DNA of 62,279 nt, filler included, from Stramenopiles sp. TOSAG23-3 (Eukaryota), in NCBI GenBank assembly GCA_900128585.1. It is 22 parts of 22 records of this genome, joined end to end, with 100 filler letters (N's around TTAATTAATTAA, not from the genome) between each part and the next. Parts side by side here need not be neighbours in the genome. Positions count along the whole stretch, not along the records: positions 19,923 to 22,663 come from LT644615.1; positions 22,764 to 25,503 come from LT644616.1; positions 25,604 to 28,341 come from LT644617.1; positions 28,442 to 31,179 come from LT644618.1; positions 31,280 to 34,016 come from LT644619.1; 17 more parts are not named here. One strand, given 5' to 3'. The number at the start of each line of letters is the position of its first letter. Within the stretch, counting starts at the first letter, position 1. This document shows, one piece after another, positions 20,607 to 32,524 of this stretch. The notes beneath the pieces are model-generated. The model did not search any database. It was given only the letters and a program-made list of their open reading frames with translations, and was not told the DNA's origin. The position numbers and the translations under genes were made by a program.

Positions 20607-22418
20607 CTAACTCCGTTTCACTACGACGAACGAAACTACAGAACGGCAATAGTGCAGCCCTTGCCACCACAACAATTTTTCCTCTTCATTCGCTGCTGCG
20701 AGCCGGATGACGACGATTTCATCGTTGGGGCTTACCACGATCAATTCCAATATTCTGGAAAACGCTATTGTGTCCAAATCTAACGATATTGCCGTGCGGC
20801 CATATTTGTCCCGCTTTTTTTGCTCAATCTTGATTATTTTTTCCGTGGGAATAATTCCGCTGTTGCCCGTTGCGTGCTCGTACCATTGCAAACTACAAAT
20901 GTCTGAAGACAGCCAAAACGTACACTTGGCGCCCTTCCAAAGACCAGAGGGGGGTGACTTTGGTGTGAGACAACGAAAAACCGTGCCTTTCAGTAATGGG
21001 TCCACCAGGCTCCGCATAGCTGCATGGTCCCTGAATGGTTTCATTCCTAAAACTGGCAATTGGCGCTTCGTCTGGTATCGAACTCGCCCCTCCTCCGTGC
21101 TCTTGCCATACAGATTGTCAAAATTCCCGAGCAGTTGTCTTGACTCGTCGGGGTTGCCTTCGCCCCTGCTTGTCTCTCGTGCACCTTGGTAATGTACATC
21201 GTTTTTTCCCCATTCTGATGATTTAAACTCTTGGTCGTAAACGTTTACACTAGAATGTTGGCTATATGAGCGATTGAAAACTTCGTGTTCCGAGGCGGTG
21301 GTCTCAGTGTGCCGCTTTGCCCGATTTTTTAATATCCTATCCACTTCTCTCTCCAACTCTTTGGGGGGGAGCGACCTCTGCAAACGCTTCTCACCCGTGC
21401 GTGCGATTTCTTCGTCCAAGGACATGCTGTTCAGAGTTGCGATAAATTGTTCGCTTCGCCGCATTGCTGCCATAACAATAGGAGAAGAGTAACTTCTCGG
21501 GTAATCTAAAAGTTTTCGTCCCGTTGGAGTGCTTGCAAATACTGCACTGGGCACTGGTGCGCTCTCACTGCTCTGTGCCCCACTGCCTTCGGTGGCATCG
21601 TTTTCACCGACCGAGAGTCTCTTCTTGCGATTTTTTAAAATTCTCTCCACTGCACTGCTCGAGGCACTGTTCTTCTCCAAACGTCCCACCTTGCTGGGTT
21701 TCGGCTCGTTTGTATCCTCCTTCGCTGGCGATCGCCCGTTTGAGATTGCTTCTGTTCCTCCCTCCTTGGGGCTTGCCAGTTTGCTGTTCGATTCTGTCCT
21801 TGGGCGTTCTTGTATTTGTGAAATTTCAACACAATTGACGACAAAACCGTTGTCAAGCTGCAGGGGCGACGTGACAATATCTGCCCGTGCATTCTGACCG
21901 CCTTCATCATCAGTATCCTTATCGGAAGATATTGGGTCGTCCATTTGATTATCTTCGTCCAGACTGTCGACAGACGGTGAGGCCGGGAGTTGTGGTTCCA
22001 AAGATACGTCTATTTTACTTTCTGTTGGACCTGGGGAAACGCTACCCTTTTCCGTGTTTTTTTTTGGTGTGCTACCATTCTTGCGCTGTGTGTTATTGAA
22101 AGCCTCCTTGTCTCCTTCTCTTGATTCTATTGTGGGGAGGGGTGATTTAGCAACGGGGGGGTCCCCCTTTCCGGCGTCTAGTCCTTCCGTGGCGAGGGCC
22201 GTCACACCACTGTCTTCTCCGGCCCCAAGCTTCGGTGGGCTGCTCTGTGGTGGTGGCGGTTGTAGTAGAGTATAATCATCTACGCTCTCTATGGTTGTGG
22301 GAGTCTCTGCGTTAGGAGGGGGAGGTGGCGGTGGGGGCACACTGGGACCCTTACCTAGCAATGATGTCAACGAAATAGATACACGACGCGAAGGACGCCG
22401 AGAAGGTTTAGCTTCCAT
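20607..22418 (-). CDS. Disordered Pro/Ser-rich protein with a C-terminal PH domain
   Basis: LLKGTVF...TFWLSSDICSLQWY...IRLAAANEEEKLLWWQGL. Confidence 0.78.
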   Translation of the reverse strand: MEAKPSRRPSRRVSISLTSLLGKGPSVPPPPPPPPNAETPTTIESVDDYTLLQPPPPQSSPPKLGAGEDSGVTALATEGLDAGKGDPPVAKSPLPTIESREGDKEAFNNTQRKNGSTPKKNTEKGSVSPGPTESKIDVSLEPQLPASPSVDSLDEDNQMDDPISSDKDTDDEGGQNARADIVTSPLQLDNGFVVNCVEISQIQERPRTESNSKLASPKEGGTEAISNGRSPAKEDTNEPKPSKVGRLEKNSASSSAVERILKNRKKRLSVGENDATEGSGAQSSESAPVPSAVFASTPTGRKLLDYPRSYSSPIVMAAMRRSEQFIATLNSMSLDEEIARTGEKRLQRSLPPKELEREVDRILKNRAKRHTETTASEHEVFNRSYSQHSSVNVYDQEFKSSEWGKNDVHYQGARETSRGEGNPDESRQLLGNFDNLYGKSTEEGRVRYQTKRQLPVLGMKPFRDHAAMRSLVDPLLKGTVFRCLTPKSPPSGLWKGAKCTFWLSSDICSLQWYEHATGNSGIIPTEKIIKIEQKKRDKYGRTAISLDLDTIAFSRILELIVVSPNDEIVVIRLAAANEEEKLLWWQGLHYCRSVVSFVVVKRS

Positions 22419-22763
22419 TGCCGTGCTCTATTGACGGAGGCAGCCTATGGGAGGGGTAGGGGGGATTCTTGCAACAGTCCAACGCCACAACTTCAATAGC
22501 TATGTCTGCCTGGTTATATTTTTTCGTCGGGCCGCTAATTCCTCCTCTATTGCTCGCAATATCAATTTTTCTTTCTTTCTTGGCTTCTGCCATTCTTTCT
22601 TTTATCACGGTCTTATCCAATTTTTGGCAAAAAAAATGTCAACATAAAAAATTACAAACAACANNNNNNNNNNNNNNNNNNNNNNNNNNNNNNNNNNNNN
22701 NNNNNNNTTAATTAATTAANNNNNNNNNNNNNNNNNNNNNNNNNNNNNNNNNNNNNNNNNNNN

Positions 22764-23274
22764 GCTTCAAGTCCCGGTGTATAAACTGTTTGCTCCACAT
22801 AAAGTCCAACCCCCGCGCCAAATCGTTCATAAACACCCTCGCGACGTTCTGCCCCAACGCCCCGTTCGCTTGAAGGAACTGGTGAAGGTCCCCCCCGTCG
22901 CAATACTCCATAACTAAAAATATATACTCCATCGAGGACGTCTTGTCGATACCGTACAGGCCGACGATGTTCTCGTGTTTAAAATCCTTCAGGATCTTAA
23001 TCTCGCACTCTAAGTTCTCCCTTAACTTTGCATTGAGCTTTCGGGCCGCAATCGCTTTCACCGCTACTTCCTCCCCAGTCCCATCGTGCACCGCACCGTA
23101 CACTTGTGCAAACGAACCAGAGCCCAGGTGGCGAACGAAACGGTACGGGCCTATCTGCCGTGGAACGTTCGTCGATAAAAAACTAAGCGATGCTCCACGG
23201 TCCTTTCGGACCGGTACTGCGTTGGAAGAAGCCGGACCGTCTTCCCTTGCCGTAGTAGTACTCATCGAATCCAT
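22764..23274 (-). CDS. ATG1: ATG1/ULK-family Ser/Thr kinase, 3' partial
   Basis: LGSGSFAQVY, VAVKAI..KLNAKLRENLECEIKIL, MEYCDGGDL, IHRDLK. Confidence 0.85.
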
Positions 23275-23797
23275 ATTACTATTTGCACTTTTCTCACCAC
23301 TATACTTCTTAACAATTACACGGTGTTTAGACGTATGTTACTACGTACTTCCTAAAACGAATGGTACAATCGATGGAAAGCTTTTGTAGATAGATTGAAT
23401 TGAATTGAGACGGGGTGAAATGGTGGTGTGTTGTGGCGTGTGAGGAATGGAACTCTTGGTTGAGTGCGTGTTCATAATTTATTCAATTTTATATGAAAAC
23501 TGTACATTATAACTAAGAATTAAAATTTTGAATTCCCCAACAACGGCAAGGCTACGACGAGAAGCGGCGGCGACCGGGGGTGCCCTAACTGGACAATTGT
23601 TGAGAATTATAATTAATATAAAGAGAGTTATTAATTTCAAATATATAATGTGAGACAGTTTGGAATGTTTGCAAAAGGTTTCCAAACGAGCCCTTTCTGC
23701 TTTGGCTGTTTGTTCCGTTTTGCTCCGTTTCTATTCATTTGATATTTGTTCTTTTCTTTTTCGTTTTCTTTTTCCTTTCTTTGACCAACCACAAAAC

Positions 23798-25424
23798 ATG
23801 TCGGACCATGCGTCTCATACTTGCTCGGCCCCAGGGAAAGTACTTTTAGCTGGTGGGTACTTGGTGTTGGACCGACCAAACATTGGTATTACAATAGCTA
23901 CGACGTCAAAATTTCACACGACGACAGAATGGGATTCGAAGAAACACCAGAAGGACGATAATGATGAGCATGCAACCCTCCAATCGCTGGCGATTACGGT
24001 AGTGTCCCCTCAGTTTGGAACGACAAACGTGTACAACGTTTTGCCTCCGGGGAAAGAAGACGGGTCAACGCCATACGTAGTCCTTACGGACGTTACTGGC
24101 AGCGAGACCCCGCGGAATAAGTTTGTAGAGACATGCTTGGTGTATGCTATTAGCGCATGCGTGCTGCTCGGGAAACGAGAACATATGTTTGGAACCTCCG
24201 ACGTTAGGATCACCCTACGAGCGGACAATTCGTTTTATTCCCAGCGCGACGAGCTGAAACGACGAGGCCTGCCGTGCACGTCTGGCGCCCTTCGAACCTT
24301 GGAGCCGTTTCGGCCGTTGCAAACGGTAGCAAAGACGGGCCTGGGAAGTTCTGCGGCACTGGTAACGTCGTTTGTCGGTTCGTTTCTGGCATTCATGGGG
24401 TGCGCAGAGCTGCCGTCCGTTGTGTCGGAAGCGGACCGCGTACGGACATCAAGGGATTTGGAACTGGTCCATCGGCTCGCGCAGGCGGCCCATGTCATGG
24501 CCCAGGGGAAAGTTGGAAGTGGGTTTGACGTTTGCTCGGCGTGTTTCGGGAGCAACGTGTACGTCCGTTGCTCGCCGGATATTTTAAAACCAGTGTTGGA
24601 GGAATGCCCGGCCGGGGTCGAGGCGGCAGAGGGGCAGACCGTAGGCCCATTGCTCCACGTCCTGGAGCGGATCGTGGTGGGTGGACAAGGGGCACGGGCG
24701 GAGGGGGACGACGGGGCATCGGTTCAATGGGACCACGGGTCGACCCCGTTTGGTCTTCCAAAACATTTTTGCATGGGGCTTGGGGACATAAGCGCGGGCA
24801 GTTCTACCCCATCTATGGTTCGAAAAGTCAAGGCGTACTTGGCCGCATCGAAAGCGTCGGTTGAAGCCGGGGAGACGCCCATAGACGTTGGCGCGGCCCT
24901 CTGGAACGAGCTTGGGGAGTTGAACGGTTCGATCCGGACGGAGTTTGAAGCGCTCTCCACGGTCTCGGGTGCTCACCCGTTCGTATACAAGCATACCCTT
25001 CACGTGTGCGAAACGGTAAAGTGCACGGAGTGGGGTGGGGAGGGCAATCCCAGCGAGGGCATCGTTGGGTGGATGAGCGATGTCTTAGGGGCCCAAGTGA
25101 CGGTGGACGAGGGGACCCGGTCGCTAGCGGCCCCGCCGCTATCGATGGACGAACGGTTGAGTGTTTCCAAGGGTATTGTCCACGGCCTGTGCCGCCTCCG
25201 GGACATGTTTCAGCGGGCGAGGGCGTGCTTGAAAGAGTTGGGGGATTTGGCAAAGGTTCCCATCGAACCGGAAGAGCAGACGGTCCTGTGCAACCGAACC
25301 CTGTTTGAACTCCCGGGTGTTCTTTCGGTGAGTGTCCCTGGCGCGGGGGGGCACGACGCCATCGTCGCCATTTGCATTGGAAAGGAAAGCTTGAAACAGG
25401 TCGAAACGTTTTGGGCAGAAACGA
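23798..25424 (+). CDS. ERG8: Phosphomevalonate kinase (ERG8/plant GHMP type); 3' end replaced by a chimeric copy of kinase sequence
   Basis: SAPGKVLLAGGYLVL, KTGLGSSAA, AQGKVGSGFDV, VPIEPEEQT, VPGAGGHDA. Confidence 0.93.
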
Positions 25425-25503
25425 GCGAGGGTGTTTATGAACGATTTGGCGCGGGGGTTGGACTTTATGTGGAGCAAACAGTTTATACACCGGGACTTGA
25501 AGC
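25425..25503 (+). repeat. 79-bp exact inverted copy of the contig start (22764-22842)
   Basis: Exact reverse complement; mismatch at base 80. Confidence 0.95.
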
Positions 25504-25934
25504 NNNNNNNNNNNNNNNNNNNNNNNNNNNNNNNNNNNNNNNNNNNNTTAATTAATTAANNNNNNNNNNNNNNNNNNNNNNNNNNNNNNNNNNNNNNNNN
25601 NNNTAAAAATAAATAAATAATAGTTCAACCAAATTACAGAAAGAAAAACCAATAAGAGTTCGTAGTATACAAAAAAAAAGAGTTTGCCACCCTTTCTTCT
25701 CGTGTCACTTTCTTTTTCCGGGTATTTCTATGCGTTTTATATGCTAGTGTCTTTGCATTTGTGAATGGATGATTGAAAAAGTGAATGATTGTAATAAATA
25801 AAGAGAGAGAGACAGACACGAGACAGACACGAGACGAGAACGCGAAAGGTTGCACCCGTTCGACAAGATAATACAACTGCAGCCACTTTTATTTTCACTT
25901 TAGAGCTCTTCTTCTTTTTTTGGCACGTTTCGGA

Positions 25935-27272
25935 ATGGCGTCGATGAAGGGGACACTTGGTGTGACACCGCCGCGGGTGAAACTGCGAGGCCACGGCAGT
26001 TCGACGGAGGGCATGCTTGCCGCGACGAAGGTCCAAGACGGCGCCGCGCGGCGGCAATCCTCCCAGCCGGTGCCAGACCCACAGAGGAGTGGTGGAAGCC
26101 GCCCGAGCGCAAAGCCCGAGATTGAGATTCCACCAATTGACAAGGACGAGATTAAAGCGCTGTTGGACTTGGCTAATTACGTGCAGGGTGGGATGGCAGA
26201 AATTGAGAATAGTAACAGCGTCTCCTCCACCGGGAGCGACATCGACGCGTGGACGGAGTACGCCGGCTGGGTCGCCAAGCGGTCCGTAAAGTCAACTAGC
26301 GTTAAAAATGCTGTATATAACAAACGCTATTTTGTGTTGGCCAAAAAGAACCTGCGCGGGTCCAGCCTTCAGCTGGACGGGCAACCGTGCTGCTTCATAT
26401 ATTACTACAAGACAGACAAGCTGACCAAGAGCACCATGAAGGCGAAAGGGAAGACGATCGTTATTACCAGGGACGCATTTTTGAAGGAGGAAGGGGCGCT
26501 GGGACTGTCCATTTGGAACAGAAACTTCGATTCGGACGACGGGCCGAAGGCTTTGGCAAACATCAATTTGAAGGACGCGGAGGAGCGGAATGAGTGGGCA
26601 GAGCATTTAGACTACAACATAAGGCTGTGCAAGCGACGTTGCATCGAGAAAAGCATGAAGCTGATAACGTCGCACTTGGGGTTCAAGAACGCCATTTGCG
26701 ACTTGAAGAGAATCGAAAAAACAATCGGCGAACGGCACAAGCTCGACCGGGCGTTCCGGCGCCTGGAAGGGGCCGTCGACAGCCTGGAGACGAAGAGAGC
26801 CTACATGCGGCAAGTGCGGCTGGACTCCGAGGAACGTGCGGCCAACGACGACGATGACGACGACGACGAGCGTGGGGCGTCCATCTCGGAGAAAGGGGAG
26901 AGCCCCACATTAAAGTCGGCCGTGCCCCCGTTGGGCACCGCAGACGTTGAAGGCGTGCGCATCGAGGTGACGAAAAGCGCGGCCGTGCCCCAGTACTTGC
27001 CCAGGACGAGGAGCAATACTACCATGTCTGGGACCACGGGGAGACGCAGCGCAGACATAGGCAAGCTGAGCGTTAGACAATCTTTGCAAGTCCCTTCCAG
27101 CCACAAACGAGAAAGCGACCCGCGGCAGCCGCGCAGCAGGTCCGCAACGGTGACCACGGATTTAGCAAATTTTAACAAGTTGTTCGTGGGAGGGAAAAAG
27201 AAAATTGGGGGGGGACGAGTACGCGCTCGGAAGAAAGGGAAACGGTTTTCTCAGGTCAACGAGGTGGATTGA
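25935..27272 (+). CDS. PH-domain protein
   Basis: YAGWVAKRS...NKRYFVL...IYYYK...EERNEWAEHL. Confidence 0.8.
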   Translation: MASMKGTLGVTPPRVKLRGHGSSTEGMLAATKVQDGAARRQSSQPVPDPQRSGGSRPSAKPEIEIPPIDKDEIKALLDLANYVQGGMAEIENSNSVSSTGSDIDAWTEYAGWVAKRSVKSTSVKNAVYNKRYFVLAKKNLRGSSLQLDGQPCCFIYYYKTDKLTKSTMKAKGKTIVITRDAFLKEEGALGLSIWNRNFDSDDGPKALANINLKDAEERNEWAEHLDYNIRLCKRRCIEKSMKLITSHLGFKNAICDLKRIEKTIGERHKLDRAFRRLEGAVDSLETKRAYMRQVRLDSEERAANDDDDDDDERGASISEKGESPTLKSAVPPLGTADVEGVRIEVTKSAAVPQYLPRTRSNTTMSGTTGRRSADIGKLSVRQSLQVPSSHKRESDPRQPRSRSATVTTDLANFNKLFVGGKKKIGGGRVRARKKGKRFSQVNEVD

Positions 27273-27530
27273 GCCAGGGTATTGTATCGCAAGTAAGAGA
27301 GTGTTAAAGTGAGCGTTCTAAGAGAGATTGTTGACGCATGGAAAAGGTAAGAGTAGACGGTAGTCAGATTGATAAAATAAGAATCTTATTTGCTTCAGCT
27401 AATTTTGGTTTTCGTTTTCAACAAAAAAGAGAAATAATTTTTCAAGAATGTACCACAAATGATAGTCAAGACTAAAGTGACAAGGGTATTATTGATTAGT
27501 AAAATATCACAACAGTAGAGATCATTTCGC

Positions 27531-27579
27531 AGTACATTAATTTTAATTACTTAAATAACAGCCAATTTTTCGTTTTTAA
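27531..27579 (-). repeat. Dispersed intergenic motif A
   Basis: Reverse complement reads TTAAAAACGAAAAATTGGCTGTTATTTAAGTAATTAAAATTAATGTACT. Confidence 0.85.
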
Positions 27580-27713
27580 GAATGTACGCACTTTTTAGTT
27601 TTTTTTTTAGAAAAGAAGTGGTGTGAAAATACCAAAATGTACGTTACTTAACTGTTTAAGAATTAAAATATTTTAAAAAGCGGCAGAAGCAAGGCAAAGT
27701 TTAAAATACGTTA

Positions 27714-28076
27714 TTACAAGGCCGTGCCAAATACCGTCACTATACACTGCATCGACGAGTTCTGCCATTTAATCGTGCAGCAACCGTCTGTTTTTTCATT
27801 CCACAAGGACGTAACGCTGGCACAAACCCCGGCCCCCGTTTTTTCAGAAATGAAGCAAGAAACCACAAGCTTAAAGTTTTCGTTCAGGGCCTTCAGCCCT
27901 TTCAACGAATTATCTCCTATTTCATCGATCCAAGTTTGAACGTTTCTCTGCTGAAAAACTTGACCATTCAACGCGTCAAGGATAGCGTTCTTTACCACCG
28001 CGCTCACATCATCTTGCATATCATTGAAATCGTACGCATGGGGACATAGAAAATCGTTCGCTTTCGAGGCTGCCAT
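27714..28076 (-). CDS. DYNLT1: Tctex-1 family dynein light chain
   Basis: FKLVVSCFISEKTGAGV, LWNEKTDG, WQNSSMQCIVTVFG. Confidence 0.9.
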   Translation of the reverse strand: MAASKANDFLCPHAYDFNDMQDDVSAVVKNAILDALNGQVFQQRNVQTWIDEIGDNSLKGLKALNENFKLVVSCFISEKTGAGVCASVTSLWNEKTDGCCTIKWQNSSMQCIVTVFGTAL

Positions 28077-28722
28077 CAGATACCGTTCCAGCAGTCACAG
28101 AAACGCCAGTAGGGTAGTATAATTTCCAACAGTTCCAACCTAGCAAACGGTTTTCCCACTAAAATCAACAGAATGAATACTCAATATCGAAACATTCACA
28201 AAAAACAATTGTTGTCGCGAGTCATTAAACAGATAACATAATCTTTCAGCCGAAACATTTTTTCATTTTCGAATCATCGTTCATATAAGATGATGAAAGT
28301 GTTATTTTAAAAAACTCTAATAATAAAAAAAAAATAATAATNNNNNNNNNNNNNNNNNNNNNNNNNNNNNNNNNNNNNNNNNNNNTTAATTAATTAANNN
28401 NNNNNNNNNNNNNNNNNNNNNNNNNNNNNNNNNNNNNNNNNAAAAAAAAGAAATATTCTTCGACATGTACAATTCCGACTGTTGTTTTTTACATCAAACT
28501 TTGTTGTAAGTTGAGGAAGCAACCGCCTCAAGGAGTTAGCACGAAAAAGAAGGGGTGATATCTCCATGTTAAACTGTTTTGTTAATGCTATTCCTATATT
28601 AAAATCTTGTTGTTGGAAAACTTAGTTCAAAGCGGAAGGAGGGAAAATTTTTCATTGTAAAGAAAAAAATATATTTATAATACATGTAATACAATGGAAA
28701 ATATTTATCGTCCCGCCTAATC

Positions 28723-28988
28723 TTAAAAAAATTATTGTCGAATTGCTTATTGTGTGGCTGTTATTTGAGCGCCGACAAGATTCATTTTCATTTTGTTGTT
28801 GTACACCTACACAACATAGAAAATAAGTAAAAACGACGTTCATTTTTTTTCTTCTTCAATTAAAAAAATTATTGTTGAATTGCCTTATTGTGTAGCTGTT
28901 ATTTGAGCGCAGACAAGATCAATTTCATTTTGTTGTTGTACACCTACACAACATGGAAAATAAATAAAAACGACATTCATTTTTTTTT
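28723..28988 (+). repeat. Two imperfect tandem direct repeats, period 137 bp, upstream of the transposase
   Basis: 28723-28850 vs 28860-28988, sharing ATTTTGTTGTTGTACACCTACACAACAT and GCTGTTATTTGAGCGC. Confidence 0.92.
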
Positions 28989-29154
28989 GTTCTTTATTCT
29001 TTTTTTTTTTCTGTTCAAGGGTTTTCAATATTGTGACTACCAATTCTTTTTATAAGTACAACTTCAAATCCATACTTATAGGAACCATTATGGTAAACTT
29101 GTCATCGATTTTCGGACGAAGTAGGCCAAATTGGTTGTATTGCTACCTGTGTTT

Positions 29155-29243
29155 ATGTGATTCTTACACTAGGAATAACGTCTTAAAAGTATAATTAAAA
29201 AATTAAAATTATCCCTCGGTTTTGTTCCTAAATGCCTGCAACA
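29155..29243 (+). repeat. 89-bp segment shared with 45259-45347(-)
   Basis: 84/89 identical, first 56 nt identical. Confidence 0.95.
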
Positions 29244-29444
29244 AATTTTTTGGAAAAGCCATTAAATTTTCATAACAGCGAATAGCATTAACTTCTTGTT
29301 TGGGAAAAAATAACTTTTTTTGTTATTTTTTATTATGATAATTATTATATACTCGACCGAAGGCTTGCGTAAACTCTTTTGGAACTGGAGAAAGCCTTGG
29401 GAAAACATCAAATCTCCCAAGTTGAAGTGGCTCGCCGTAAACAC

Positions 29445-31110
29445 ATGAGCAGTGGACATCAAACAGAAGAACATAGATTTGAATGCAAACAGGTAAAATG
29501 TTTGTTACTTGAAGACTTAAAATGCAAGCTTCGTAAAAACTGTGCTGAACGCCGTCCGAAATGGAAGCTGCGTGCAAAATCTTTTCGGCGAAAAATAAAA
29601 TGTGCAACTCGCGAATTAAAGCGAGCAAAGGATGGACACCCAACTGAACAGAAATGTGTTCACTGTGGGTATGGCGGCGCAGAAGAGGTCTCAGCAGTCC
29701 CTAGCGACGATGATAGCGACGAAGAAGTGACGAACGTTGATAGTAAATTGAGCACACGGTTTCGCCATGTGCCAGAAACTGTTGCTGAACCAGAAACAAT
29801 TGCAAATGACCATCCAGTAAAAACAAGCCGGTATGGACGCCGTATCGTACAACGTAGCAGGTCTGGAACCCAGACGCCGAGGAAGAGAATGGTGAAGAGC
29901 CCGTTCAACTGGCAGGAACATCACCCAGGACATAAAGTTCTGGTTAACGCGGAGATGTTAAATGCGTTGACACCGCCCGGCACGAGTGTAGTAATTCAGC
30001 CCCGGTCGCGGTCTTTGATTGTGTCAAAGAAGAGGAGTGGGGAGGTTGTTGGACGAATTGAAACACAGAGAAAGTTGAAATTTCGTAAGCGTGTTTATTA
30101 TGAGAGAAATATTGTCAAAGCTATCAACTCAACCTTCAATGGAACCAAAAGTTCAAATGCTCGAACAGACATATTAAATCAAGTCTCTACTCCTGCAGAT
30201 TCCACGTTAGATCGCATACAAACACGGGTAATATTGCCAGCCATAAGACGGCTACACAAAGAAAGCGTGAAGAGGGCACTTGAAGAATATGTTGCCTGTT
30301 ACAGACGCACTCACCCAGATCACCCAGCTTCTAGTCCCATCCCTGTAGCCCTTGCCACTGATGGCAGGTGGCAAAAGAGATGGGGCTGGAATAGCCTGGA
30401 TGGTCACGTAATCGGACTAATTCTCTCCCCGGATGGCCTTGACCTAAACCAAACACGGAACTGCGTCGGGGTGCACACGTTCCATAGGGAATTGCCAGGG
30501 AAATTTAAAAGGTCAAAGTATTTCAGTAAAATCAAGAATTGGTTTGAACATGAAATGGATGATGATGGTGTCTATGATGCAGAGGTTTTTGCTGGGTCTG
30601 CTGGGTCAATGGACCCAGTAGGATTAAGTAAATTTGTCGTCGATTTGTTAGAGTTCGGCTTAGATGTGATCACCATCATTCATGATGACGATACAACTGG
30701 ATTCAACAAGGCCAAAAAAGCGAAAGATGAATATATTGCCGCCCACCCAGAGGCCATGTTCACACCTGAGTTGAAAGAGCTCCTCTGTCTTCGTCATGGT
30801 GCCAAAAATGTCGCAAAGAGTTTCGTAAAACTTTTTAAGGAGAGTGACCTTCCACGCCATTATAAGAAAATTGGGAACCGTAATACGTGGCAATGTAGTA
30901 CCGACGCCATACGTTATATGTCAAAAGTCTTCAGAGACATAATGATTAAGAATACAGAGGTGGAAGAAGCTAGGGCACAGATGAGAGATATGTGCCTATT
31001 CCATTTAACAGGCAGATGTCGTGAGCCAAATAGATTTTGTACAGTGCGTCGCTGCTGGGAAAAAGAGCGTAGAACGAACCGAGTTCCTTTAGCTCCTGAG
31101 TCGTTTCCTT
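29445..31110 (+). mobile_element. DDE transposase of Sola2/Mutator-like type, 3' truncated
   Basis: VALATDGRWQKRWGWNSLDG (first Asp), GSAGSMD, IIHDDDT (second Asp), ELLCLRHGAK (CxxH); runs into low-complexity contig end. Confidence 0.8.
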
Positions 31111-31981
31111 TGCCGCCGCCGCCGCCGCCAAAAAAAAAAAAAAAAAAGCAAACGCCGCCCCCGCCAAAAAAAAAAAAAANNNNNNNNNNNNNNNNNNNNN
31201 NNNNNNNNNNNNNNNNNNNNNNNTTAATTAATTAANNNNNNNNNNNNNNNNNNNNNNNNNNNNNNNNNNNNNNNNNNNNAATTTTTGTCGCCAAATAGAT
31301 ATTTATACAAAATGCAGTTCAATTAAAAAAAGGAGGCAGGAAAAAAAAAAAAAGTGGGGGGGATGCGTACAGATAGTATCTCGTGTGTAATATCTACTAA
31401 TTTTTTTTTTTTTTGGTACTACTACATACACCATCGTCGATGGTCCATCCTCCCTCGTAGGCCTCGCCTCACACTAATAAGCACCAGTGAGAGGTCAAGC
31501 ATCTGTATAATACCTGCCGGTAATATTAGACGACTAATAATAATTGGGAATTTAAAATACCAGGTACAGTATTAATAATACTACGGAATATTTATTTTTA
31601 TAGAGACTGTAGTAAACAAAATATATTTAATATGATTAGCTTATATGGATTATAGCTTATACTACTGAGAAACTGAGAATTGAGAGCTTTTTACTAGGGC
31701 CCACCACACATAGAGAAATTGTTTATTGCCGATAATATAGTATGGGTAGTAATAGTAGTAGAAGTAGAACGATTTTTAAATTTTTTTAAAAAAAATTTGA
31801 GAATATTTGTAAGAGAAAGTGAATAGAATTGTATACATAAGAAGAAAAAAGTCATTCAACGATATATTTTTACTGGGGTTGAAACAAAATTAGGCTATAC
31901 TCATGGATGATAAGGAGGGGGCAAATATTTGTAGTTTGTAGGTGAAGTTTTGCACCACGGTGATATAGGAGTGATTGCAGA

Positions 31982-32524
31982 ATGTTCACGTTCACATCCC
32001 ATCATTGTATCACCCCGAAAGAACTTCATCCGTACTTGTGTGGAGTATGGAAGCGCACTCTAGAGTGTCGAAATTTTGGAGATGCTTACCAGCACATTAT
32101 GACGACAAACACCGTAGTAGTAATAGAGGAAGTCGATTCGGACAGTGAATCACAGAATCTTAACTATCTTAACTGGAGCTTTGGTAATCACGCGACAGAG
32201 GGTTTGGTTTTTGGCTACAAGATGAAACTCATACCAGATGAGAAGGGAATTCACTTGGAGTGGAAAGTTGGTGATGATCGTTGCCACGGTCGTTTCACGG
32301 GCTCACTTATCGTACTCAATTATCATTTTGGCGATACGACGTTAATTGCTTCTTACCAATTACTTGGGCCAGACAACATGGCCGTCTGCCTGGTGGAATC
32401 AGGTAGTGAGCGGGGCCCTACGATAGAGTACGGCAACATGTTGAGGATTCGCAGGGAAAACTACAAGGAACACCCGGCTTTGAACAGATCCGACAAACGT
32501 GCTGCCGACGACACCCGGCTTTGA
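31982..32524 (+). CDS. Hypothetical protein, 180 aa
   Basis: ATG-initiated ORF with coding composition inside AT-rich flanks. Confidence 0.7.
   Translation: MFTFTSHHCITPKELHPYLCGVWKRTLECRNFGDAYQHIMTTNTVVVIEEVDSDSESQNLNYLNWSFGNHATEGLVFGYKMKLIPDEKGIHLEWKVGDDRCHGRFTGSLIVLNYHFGDTTLIASYQLLGPDNMAVCLVESGSERGPTIEYGNMLRIRRENYKEHPALNRSDKRAADDTRL

Noticed and set aside
22408..22620. Separate small gene upstream of the PH-domain gene
   Set aside because: Overlaps the downstream start in another frame; may be a 5' exon, uORF or frameshifted N-terminus and cannot be resolved.
31110..31179. Poly-Pro/poly-Lys tail of the transposase
   Set aside because: Low-complexity contig-end sequence, probably not the real C-terminus.
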